The notes under the pieces were generated by a model. It saw nothing but the letters and a program-made list of their open reading frames with translations. It was not told the DNA's origin and ran no database searches. From assembly GCA_039591655.1 (NCBI GenBank), contig JBDHDE010000001.1, positions 58,031 to 122,030 of the forward strand: a stretch of DNA of 64,000 nucleotides, written 5' to 3'. Origin of the DNA: Gemmatimonadota bacterium (GTDB taxonomy: Bacteria > Gemmatimonadota > Gemmatimonadetes > Gemmatimonadales > GWC2-71-9). Positions 56,727 through 64,000 of this stretch are shown in pieces. Numbering within the stretch: the first letter of the stretch is position 1; every line of letters begins with the position of its first letter. The position numbers were made by a program, and so were the translations under genes.

Positions 56727-58153
56727 ACCGCCTCGGTCACCGCCTTCTTGCCGCACCACACGCAATTGGCCGGTGCCGGGTTCGAGCGGAACTCCTCGTC
56801 GGGCAGTGCCCTGATCGTGGCCTTGGTCTCCTGCTTGATCGCCTCCTCGCAGTCCTCGTCCCCGCAGTAGCCGCCGTAGGCGAAGCCGCCGGGCCCATCC
56901 ATGAGCTCGATGAGCTGCTCCCTGCCGACCCCACGCAGCGAGTTCTCCTCCCGCCGTGCCCGCGCGGCGTCCAGCAGGGCATCCTGGATCCCGTCCAGGG
57001 CGCCCGACACGGCATCGAGGAGACCCGCCGTCGCCACCGGCGTCTTGCCGCCAGTGCGCCGCGCCAGCATCGCCTGGTCCTTCTTCACATCCCGCGGTCC
57101 GACCTCCAGGCGTACCGGCACGCCCAGACCTTCCCACTCGTAGTACTTGGCGCCGGGCTTCATCCCTTCGCGGTCGTCCAGCTCGACTCGCAGCTTGGCC
57201 GCGCACAGAGCCTCCAAGTGCCCGTTGGCGGCAGCCAGCACCTCGCCCTTCTCCGCATCGTTCTTCCAGATCGGCACGATCACGACCTGGACCGGCGCCA
57301 GCCGTGGCGGGCATACCAGACCGACGTCGTCGCTGTGCGCCATGATCAGTCCGCCGACCAGCCGCGTGGAGACCCCCCAGGACGTGCTCCACACATACTC
57401 CAGCTGCCCGTCCTGCGTCTGGAACTGCGTGTCGAAGGCCTTGGCGAAGTTCTGCCCCAGGAAGTGGGAGGTGCCCGCCTGGAGGGCCTTGTTGTCCTGC
57501 ATCAGCCCCTCGCAGGCATAGGTGCGCACGGCGCCGGCGAACTTCTCGGAGTCCGTCTTCACACCGGTCACCACCGGCAGCGCCATCCACTCCTCCATGA
57601 ACCGGCGGTACAGGTCCAGGATCAGCAGAGTCTCTTCTTCCGCCTCCTGCTTGGTGGCATGCGCCGTATGGCCCTCCTGCCACAGGAACTCGGTGGTACG
57701 CAGGAACAGACGGGTGCGCATCTCCCACCGCACGATATTGGCCCACTGGTTGAGCAGCACCGGGAGATCGCGGTAACTCTGCACCCACTTGGCCAGCATC
57801 GCGTAGATGATGGTCTCGGACGTGGGACGGATCACCAGCGGCTCCTCCAGCTCCTTGCCGCCGCCCTGCGTCACCACGGCCGTCTGGGGCGCGAAGCCTT
57901 CGACGTGCTCCGCCTCCTTGGCCAGGAAGCTCTGGGGGATCAACAGCGGAAAGTAGGCGTTCTTGTGCCCGGTCTCCTTGAACATGCCGTCCAGGGACTG
58001 CTGCATCAGCTCCCAGATGCGGTAGCCGTGCGGGCGAATGACCATGCAGCCGCGCACGGGCGAGTAGTCGGCCAACCGTGCCCGCATGATCACGTCGTTG
58101 TACCAGGCACTGAAATCTTCCGCCCGGGGTGTAATGCGCAGCTCCTCGCTCAT
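56708..58153 (-). CDS. proS: Proline--tRNA ligase (archaeal/eukaryote-like type)
   Basis: Motifs FSAWY, HVEGFAP, RPTSET, FLRTTEFLWQEGHT, SWGVSTR; C-terminal Zn-site and WARAY; no editing insertion. Confidence 0.96.
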   Translation of the reverse strand: MSEELRITPRAEDFSAWYNDVIMRARLADYSPVRGCMVIRPHGYRIWELMQQSLDGMFKETGHKNAYFPLLIPQSFLAKEAEHVEGFAPQTAVVTQGGGKELEEPLVIRPTSETIIYAMLAKWVQSYRDLPVLLNQWANIVRWEMRTRLFLRTTEFLWQEGHTAHATKQEAEEETLLILDLYRRFMEEWMALPVVTGVKTDSEKFAGAVRTYACEGLMQDNKALQAGTSHFLGQNFAKAFDTQFQTQDGQLEYVWSTSWGVSTRLVGGLIMAHSDDVGLVCPPRLAPVQVVIVPIWKNDAEKGEVLAAANGHLEALCAAKLRVELDDREGMKPGAKYYEWEGLGVPVRLEVGPRDVKKDQAMLARRTGGKTPVATAGLLDAVSGALDGIQDALLDAARARREENSLRGVGREQLIELMDGPGGFAYGGYCGDEDCEEAIKQETKATIRALPDEEFRSNPAPANCVWCGKKAVTEAVWARAY

Positions 58154-58162
58154 CCCTCGGTC

Positions 58163-59455
58163 CTAGGCTCCTTGTTTGCAGTACTCCGCCAACTTCGCGA
58201 AGGCGACGCGCTCCTCGGTGCCGCTCTCCAGGTCCCGTACCACCGCGGTGCCGGCCGCACGCTCGTCGGGCCCCACCACAACAGCCCAGCGCGCCGGTCG
58301 CGCTGCCGCCAGCTTCAGCTGCTTGGCTACGGACTGCTGCTTGAGCGCGAACTCAACTCGCCGGCCGGCATCCCTCAGCTCGTGTGCCAGCCGCAGCACG
58401 GGATCCATGTCCTCCCCCGTCACGGCCACCAGGAACGCGTCCAGCCGCTCCTCGCACTCGGGCATGGCCTTGCGCTCCTTCAGGAGCTCACCCAGCACCA
58501 CGTCGCCCATGGCAAACCCCGTGGCAGGGAGGTCCACTCCGCCGAGGGCCTCCAGCAGCCCGTCGTAGCGTCCACCGCCGCAGATCGCCCTGAGGGAGCG
58601 TCCGGCGTCGAACAGCTCGAACACGATCCCGGTGTAGTAGGCCAGCCCCCGCACGATGGAGAGATCCACATCCACGAAATCCCCGAGGCCCATGGCCTCG
58701 AGCATGGCGACGCACTCGGCCAGAGGCGCCCCGGCGCCCTCGCTACCGCAGGCGGCCAGGGCCTCCCCCACCGCGTCCAGCGTCTTGCACTCTCCGATGC
58801 TCAAGCCGCTTTGGGCCATCGCCGGCGAGACTCCCGCCTGTTTGCTCAGGCTCTCTACCAGCGCGTTCTTGGGCTCGCGACCCAGCTTGTCGATATGCGC
58901 GTACGCGACGACGATCTGGTCTTCGTCGAACCCGTGTCCCCTGAGGAGGGCGTGCGCCACCTTTCGGTCCGACACCCGTGCACGCACCTCCGCCGCGGTG
59001 AGACCGAACGCCCGCAACAGGTCGACGGCCGCCGCTATTAGCTCGGCGTCGGCTGCCGGGCCGGGCTCGCCGATCACATCCATGTTCAGCTGGTAGTGTT
59101 CCCGCAGCCGGCCGCGCTGCTGCCGCTCGTAGCGGAACATCTGCCCTACCGAGAACCAGCGGATGGGCTTCTTGAGCGCCCGGGCCCGCGCCGCTACCAT
59201 CCGCGCCAGCGTCGGCGTCATCTCCGGTCGCAGCGCGACCCCCCGACCACCCTTGTCCTCGAAGCTGTAGAGCTGCTCCACTATCTCCGGCCCGCTCTTC
59301 TCGACGTACAGCTCCAGGGGCTCTAGGGGCGGACCATCGTACTCCTCGAACCCGTAGCGCGTGGCCACACTGCGCCACACAGCAAGTATGTGATTTCGGA
59401 GAGCCGCGTCGTCGGGATAGAAATCCCGAAAACCGGGCAACGACTGGGATTGCAT
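58163..59455 (-). CDS. hisS: Histidine--tRNA ligase
   Basis: Motifs PGFRDF, LRPEMT, FRYERQQRGRLREH, RGLAYYTG, GGGRYD. Start ATG 59455. Confidence 0.96.
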   Translation of the reverse strand: MQSQSLPGFRDFYPDDAALRNHILAVWRSVATRYGFEEYDGPPLEPLELYVEKSGPEIVEQLYSFEDKGGRGVALRPEMTPTLARMVAARARALKKPIRWFSVGQMFRYERQQRGRLREHYQLNMDVIGEPGPAADAELIAAAVDLLRAFGLTAAEVRARVSDRKVAHALLRGHGFDEDQIVVAYAHIDKLGREPKNALVESLSKQAGVSPAMAQSGLSIGECKTLDAVGEALAACGSEGAGAPLAECVAMLEAMGLGDFVDVDLSIVRGLAYYTGIVFELFDAGRSLRAICGGGRYDGLLEALGGVDLPATGFAMGDVVLGELLKERKAMPECEERLDAFLVAVTGEDMDPVLRLAHELRDAGRRVEFALKQQSVAKQLKLAAARPARWAVVVGPDERAAGTAVVRDLESGTEERVAFAKLAEYCKQGA

Positions 59456-59460
59456 GGAGC

Positions 59461-59490
59461 AATCTACCGGAGCGGAGCGAATCCGGGCAA
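59461..59490 (-). promoter_or_regulatory. Candidate internal hisS promoter TTGCCC-N18-TAGATT, 5 nt upstream of the ATG
   Basis: -35 at 59485-59490, -10 at 59461-59466. Confidence 0.45.
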
Positions 59491-60666
59491 GCGCGCCACG
59501 GCGTCTCCCACTGTGTGAAACGAGCCCGTGACCACCACGGTGGCGGCACCTCGCTGCACGTCCGCCAGGGCCTGCTCGAAGTCGGCCTCGACGATCGCGG
59601 CGGGCGCGGCGCGGCGCACGGCAGCGAGATCCCACGCGCGCTCCGGCGGCGCGCTGGGTGGGACGGTGGCCCACAGCCGGTCCACCCGAGCGGCAACTTG
59701 CCGCAGCATCTGCGGCCATTCCTTGTCCCGCAGGATTCCCACCAGCGCGTGCACGGGTCGCGGCGGGCCCATCTGCGCCAGCGCATCCAGCAGCGTCGCG
59801 GTCCCCTCGGTATTGTGGGCCACGTCGAAGATCCACTTTCCCCGGCAGTCAAACCGTCCCGGCAGTCGCGCCGCGGCGAAGCCCCGACGGACGGCCCTTG
59901 GCGGTACGCACAGGCCCTCGGGCAGCGCGGCAAGCACCGCCTCGGCCAGGGCGGCGTTGCGCCGCTGATGCGCGCCGCGCAGCGCTAGGGGCCCTGCATA
60001 GGTAGCGTCCGCCGGCAGCATCACTACCCGAGCGCCCGCTTCCTCCGCGGTCCGTCTGAGCACTGCTGCGAGGGCGGCATCTGCCTCCCCCACCACGAAT
60101 GGTGTGTCCGCCTTGGCAATGCCGGCCTTCTCCCGCGCTATGCCCTCGAGGGACTCACCCAGGTACTCCGCATGGTCCTGGCCTACGTTCGTCACGGCGC
60201 TCACCACGGGCGTCACCACATTGGTGCTGTCGAGCCGCCCCCCGAGTCCCACCTCGATCACCGCCACCTCGGCGCCGCGGGCTGCGAAGTCGGCGAATGC
60301 GATGGCCGTCGTGGCTTCGAAGAAGCTCGCCCCCGAGTGCTCCACGTCGTGCTGCAGCTGGGCGGTCCACGCCGCGAACGCCTCCGGGGTGATGGCCCTG
60401 CCGTCCACGACCATGCGCTCCCTGACGTCCACCAGGTGGGGCGAGGTGTAGAGCGCCGCCCGGATTCCAGCGGCCAGCAGCGCCTCGTAGACCAGCACCG
60501 CCACAGAGCCCTTGCCGTTCGTCCCGCCGATGTGGATCGCGTCGAAGTGACGCTCCGGCCGGCCCAGACGCTGCAACAGCGACCGGGTCGGTCCCAGTGA
60601 CCACTTCGAACTGCCGGCGCTACGTGGGAAGAGGAAGCGGACGGCTTCCTCGAAGGTGAGCTTCAG
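59464..60666 (-). CDS. folC: Folylpolyglutamate synthase/dihydrofolate synthase
   Basis: Motifs HIGGTNGKGS, YTSPHL, FFEATT, EVGLGGRLDSTN, DVAHN, TGSFH. The frame stays open upstream to CTG 60666 (KLTFEEAVRFLFPR). Confidence 0.94.
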   Translation of the reverse strand: MKLTFEEAVRFLFPRSAGSSKWSLGPTRSLLQRLGRPERHFDAIHIGGTNGKGSVAVLVYEALLAAGIRAALYTSPHLVDVRERMVVDGRAITPEAFAAWTAQLQHDVEHSGASFFEATTAIAFADFAARGAEVAVIEVGLGGRLDSTNVVTPVVSAVTNVGQDHAEYLGESLEGIAREKAGIAKADTPFVVGEADAALAAVLRRTAEEAGARVVMLPADATYAGPLALRGAHQRRNAALAEAVLAALPEGLCVPPRAVRRGFAAARLPGRFDCRGKWIFDVAHNTEGTATLLDALAQMGPPRPVHALVGILRDKEWPQMLRQVAARVDRLWATVPPSAPPERAWDLAAVRRAAPAAIVEADFEQALADVQRGAATVVVTGSFHTVGDAVARLPGFAPLR

Positions 60667-60668
60667 GT

Positions 60669-61520
60669 TCAGGCCTCCGCCGCGTCCCGCCCCCGCATCA
60701 TGCGGAGCAGCCGCCCAATGGTATCGCGCAGCTCACCCCGTGGCACCACCGCGTCCACCATCCCCTTCTCCACCAGGAACTCGGCGGTCTGGAATCCCTT
60801 GGGGAGATCCTGCCCGATGGTCTGCTTGATCACGCGGGGTCCCGCAAACCCGATCACCGCTCCGGGCTCCGCGATGTTGACGTCGCCCTGCATGGCGTAG
60901 GACGCCGAGACGCCGCCGGTGGTCGGGTTGGTCAGCACCGAGAGATACGGGATCCCCGCTTCCCTCAGCTGGGCCATGAGCGCCGACGTCTTCGCCATCT
61001 GCATCAGGCTGAGCACCCCTTCCTGCATGCGGGCGCCGCCTGACGCCGACACGATCACCAGCGGAGCTGAGCGCTCCAGGCTCCGATCCACCAACCTCGC
61101 CACCTTCTCACCCACCACCGAGCCCATCGAGCCTCCCATGAACCCGAACTCCATCGCCCCGAGGTTGAGCTCGTCGCCCATGAGGGTGCAGTGGCCGGCG
61201 ATCATCGCTTCGGTGGATCCCGTCTTCCGGTTGGCGGCGGCCAGCCGGTCCGTGTATCCCTCAAACTCCAGAGCGTCGGCCGAGCGCAAATCGTCGAACA
61301 GCTCGACGAAGCTCCCTGGATCCGTGAGGATCTCGGCGTAGCGTCTCGCGGGGATCTTGCGGTGATAGCCGCATGAGGGGCACACCTGCAGGGCGCGCTC
61401 GAAGTTCTGCCGAATGTCGGCGTGGCTGCAGCTCTCGCACTTCACCCAGGCGTCGGGCGGGATCTCGCGCCGCTCGCGCGACGCGGTTCGTGACTTTCGG
61501 TCTTTGCGAAACCAAGCCAT
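60669..61520 (-). CDS. accD: Acetyl-CoA carboxylase carboxyltransferase beta subunit
   Basis: Zn finger WVKCESC...VCPSCGYH; motifs GGSMGSVVGEK, SGGARMQEG, PTTGGVSAS, FAGPRVI. Confidence 0.96.
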   Translation of the reverse strand: MAWFRKDRKSRTASRERREIPPDAWVKCESCSHADIRQNFERALQVCPSCGYHRKIPARRYAEILTDPGSFVELFDDLRSADALEFEGYTDRLAAANRKTGSTEAMIAGHCTLMGDELNLGAMEFGFMGGSMGSVVGEKVARLVDRSLERSAPLVIVSASGGARMQEGVLSLMQMAKTSALMAQLREAGIPYLSVLTNPTTGGVSASYAMQGDVNIAEPGAVIGFAGPRVIKQTIGQDLPKGFQTAEFLVEKGMVDAVVPRGELRDTIGRLLRMMRGRDAAEA

Positions 61521-61551
61521 CCGTCAATCTCGCCGGGCCACGTGCGGCGCG

Positions 61552-62814
61552 CTAGACCCCACGCCACTCCCCCGACACGTCTGCGTATCCCGAGAGCCGG
61601 GACTCCCACGCGACCCTCAGGGCGAGGCCCACGGCGAAGAGACAGGTGATCAGGAAGGAGCCGCCGTACGAGAAGAACGGCAGCGGAATGCCGACTATCG
61701 GCATGAGGCCCACGGTCATGCCGACGTTGACCAGCACGTGGGTGAGGAGCATGCCGCCGATGCCGATCACGATGGCGGATGAGTAAGGATCCGTTGCTCG
61801 CCGGGCGATCCTGAGCAGCACCAGGAGGAGCGCCACGAACAGGCCGAGGGCCAGCAGCACGCCGAGGAACCCGAACTCCTCCCCCGCTACGGAGAAGATG
61901 AAATCGGTATGCTGCTCCGGGAGGAACGCCAGTCGCTTCTGGCTCCCCTCGAGGAACCCCTTTCCCACCACACCACCCGAGCCGATTGCCACCTTCGACT
62001 GGATGATGTGCCACCCGGTCGCCCGGGGGTCGAGCTCGGGGTTCATGAATGAGAGAAGCCGGTGTTGCTGGTAGGGTGCGAGCCTCTGCCACAGCTCCAG
62101 GGCGATCACGCCCATGGCCACGTTAGCCAGCCACACCACCAACCCCTCGAGCAGGTACGGCCGAGCCCACAGCAGCACCAAGCTGATCACCACGATCCAA
62201 ATGCCCCAGGAGACCGTGGAGAACGCGAGCAGGAGACTGATCAGCGGAGATGCCAGGAGCAACAGGAGTTGCGGCTTCACCCCGATCCAGAAGAGCGTCG
62301 CTACGAGGATCCCCAGGAACACCAGCGCGCTGCCCAGGTCCGGCTGGAGCCCGATCAGCACGAACGGAATACAGGCGATGATCACGGGCGGCATCAGCTC
62401 ACCGAGCGTCTCTGGAGCCTCCCGCCGGGCGGCCACGTATCGGGCGAGCATCAGAATGGTGGCGAGCTTGGCGGACTCCGCCGGCTGACCGATGCGCACT
62501 CCTCCAATGGCGAGCCACGAGTTCGTTCCGGCGGCCGTCCCCGCGCCGGTCCCGAAGAAAAGCGTGATGACCAGCAGGGTGATGGCGACGGCGTAGGCAA
62601 GGGGTGAGGCCCAATCGAGCACCCGGGGCGAGAGCCGAAATGCGACGACCGCTCCCAATACTCCGAAGCCCACCCACATCAACTGACGCTGCCAGATATC
62701 CGTCGCCAGCGTAGGGAAGTCGGTCTGCCCCGCCGAGTACAGCGTGAGCAGGCCGAGCACCAAGAGCGTACCCGTGACGCCCAGCAGGGGTCTATCGAGT
62801 CCCTTGCTCCGCAC
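61552..62814 (-). CDS. rodA: Rod shape-determining SEDS glycosyltransferase RodA
   Basis: Motifs QPAE.AK, QPDLGSA, QSKVAIGSGG, PEQHTDFIF, EEFG, PFFSYGGS; lies directly downstream of PBP2. Confidence 0.94.
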   Translation of the reverse strand: MRSKGLDRPLLGVTGTLLVLGLLTLYSAGQTDFPTLATDIWQRQLMWVGFGVLGAVVAFRLSPRVLDWASPLAYAVAITLLVITLFFGTGAGTAAGTNSWLAIGGVRIGQPAESAKLATILMLARYVAARREAPETLGELMPPVIIACIPFVLIGLQPDLGSALVFLGILVATLFWIGVKPQLLLLLASPLISLLLAFSTVSWGIWIVVISLVLLWARPYLLEGLVVWLANVAMGVIALELWQRLAPYQQHRLLSFMNPELDPRATGWHIIQSKVAIGSGGVVGKGFLEGSQKRLAFLPEQHTDFIFSVAGEEFGFLGVLLALGLFVALLLVLLRIARRATDPYSSAIVIGIGGMLLTHVLVNVGMTVGLMPIVGIPLPFFSYGGSFLITCLFAVGLALRVAWESRLSGYADVSGEWRGV

Positions 62815-64000
62815 CGGTTGCGTCGCCCTGCGGCCGACGGTTGAAGAGTGTGGTGTCCGGGAGGATCGGCACCGGCTCGGGGGCCGAGTCGGCGGGCATC
62901 TGCAGCTCCGGCCTTCGCGACGGGGCCGGCACGGCGTCCGGACCCAGCAAGTGATGCGCGATGACCCGCGTGACGAGGGGCGCCACCGCCGAGCCGTGCT
63001 CTGCGAACTCGATCACCGCGCCGACGACGATCCGCGGATGATCCACCGGCGCGAAGGCGATGAACCACCCGTGATCGGGACCGTGAGGGTTCTGCGCGGT
63101 GCCTGTCTTGCCGGCGATGCGGAGATCCGCTATCTGTGCGCCGGCGGCCGTGCCGCGATCGACCACGGCCAGCAGCGCTTCCCGCAGGCCGTCCAGGTCG
63201 GCGCGGGAGAGCCCCAGCCGCCGTAACCCGCCCCTGTCTCCCGTCACCAACCGCGGCTCGGGCGCTCCCCCATCCCGATTGGCGAGCATGGCATAGAACC
63301 GCGTCATGTTGACCAGGGTCTGTGCGTTCTCGCCCTGTCCGATCGCCAGGTTCAGGGCGACTGCGTTGGTCCACCCCCGGGGGCCGTATCGCTCATCGTA
63401 ATACTCGGTGGATGGCGGGAATTGGGGGCGGTTCTCGTTCGGCAGGTCGATGCCGGAGCGCTCACGGAATCCCAGGGTGGCGGCGCCCTGCAGCAGGTTG
63501 TCGAGACCCAGCTTCAATCCCAGCTGATAGAAGTAGACGTCGCAGGAGTGGTGTCCCTCGGAGCGCCAGCACCGGAAGTAACGGTTGTAGTAGCGCATGC
63601 CTCCTGAGCACGGCAGGCCCATGTGGGATTCCATGCTCACGATCCCGCGCTCCAGCGCCATAGCCGCAACCGCGAGCTTCCAGGGCGAGGCGGGCGCGTA
63701 GCGCCCCTGGATGACACGATTGAAGAACGGGAAATCCTCCGACTGCGACAGCTCACGCCACTGCGTTGGATCGTACCCGCCGATGAACGCATTGGGGTCG
63801 TAGCTCGGTGCGGAGTAGAGGGCCAATACCGCTCCGGAGCGCGGGTCGAGAGCTACCACAGCGCCGCGCCGATCGGCAGGGAAGCGCTCGGCGATGTAGC
63901 GTTGCAGCTCGATGTCGACGGTGGTGGGCACCGTTGCCCCGGGCTCCGGCTCCAGGGTCGGCACCTCTTGCGCTGCCCGCACCGTGCGGCCCAGCGCATC
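62792..64000 (-). CDS. mrdA: Penicillin-binding protein 2 (3' part; runs off window end)
   Basis: SxxK (ASPWK), SxD (SCD) and KTG (AGKTGTAQ); also PSYDPN, IGQG, HGWF; upstream of rodA. Confidence 0.92.
   Translation of the reverse strand, partial: DALGRTVRAAQEVPTLEPEPGATVPTTVDIELQRYIAERFPADRRGAVVALDPRSGAVLALYSAPSYDPNAFIGGYDPTQWRELSQSEDFPFFNRVIQGRYAPASPWKLAVAAMALERGIVSMESHMGLPCSGGMRYYNRYFRCWRSEGHHSCDVYFYQLGLKLGLDNLLQGAATLGFRERSGIDLPNENRPQFPPSTEYYDERYGPRGWTNAVALNLAIGQGENAQTLVNMTRFYAMLANRDGGAPEPRLVTGDRGGLRRLGLSRADLDGLREALLAVVDRGTAAGAQIADLRIAGKTGTAQNPHGPDHGWFIAFAPVDHPRIVVGAVIEFAEHGSAVAPLVTRVIAHHLLGPDAVPAPSRRPELQMPADSAPEPVPILPDTTLFNRRPQGDATGAEQGTR

Noticed and set aside
1..64000. CRISPR arrays, IS elements, prophage, rRNA
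   Set aside because: By eye I found no regularly spaced repeats, transposase, integrase or phage genes, and coding genes leave no room for them.

Overview
A GC-rich (roughly 70%), gene-dense stretch of bacterial core chromosome. Gene content and order are consistent with Gemmatimonadota, but that placement is an inference. I found no CRISPR array, rRNA, tRNA, integrase or transposase. From left to right: (1) a minus-strand acyl-CoA catabolic operon with a split B12 mutase carrying the isobutyryl-CoA-mutase Phe/Gln signature, MeaB, a carboxyltransferase, an AtuA pair and a crotonase. It also holds an aeRF1/Balon-like protein and a TPP-II-like lipoprotein protease. (2) aspS-phoH-pgpH-ybeY-2x corC-DUF502-mgtE. 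(3) An outer-membrane protein with rlmN. (4) folB-folK-panB-panC-yqeK-LytR_C. (5) A trp cluster (D, C, B, A; no trpF) interrupted by lexA and by a HEAT-repeat/HD-GYP pair, and followed by an orphan GAF-MCP. (6) truA-tal-htrA-purB-purC-psd-pssA-lipoprotein-Zn-ribbon-purF-ppdK. (7) tmRNA. (8) DGC-larB-dusB, ptsN, guaA-lysA-proS-hisS-folC-accD-rodA-mrdA. Best leads: a candidate LexA operator (TTCGG-N6-TTCGG twice) in the lexA/trpC divergent promoter, the signalling genes embedded in the trp operon, the ICM-type mutase operon and its unusual passengers, a ~200-nt aspS leader, two probable CTG starts, and an apparent 10-residue deletion next to the PBP2 active-site motif. All calls come from reading motifs by eye; no searches were run.
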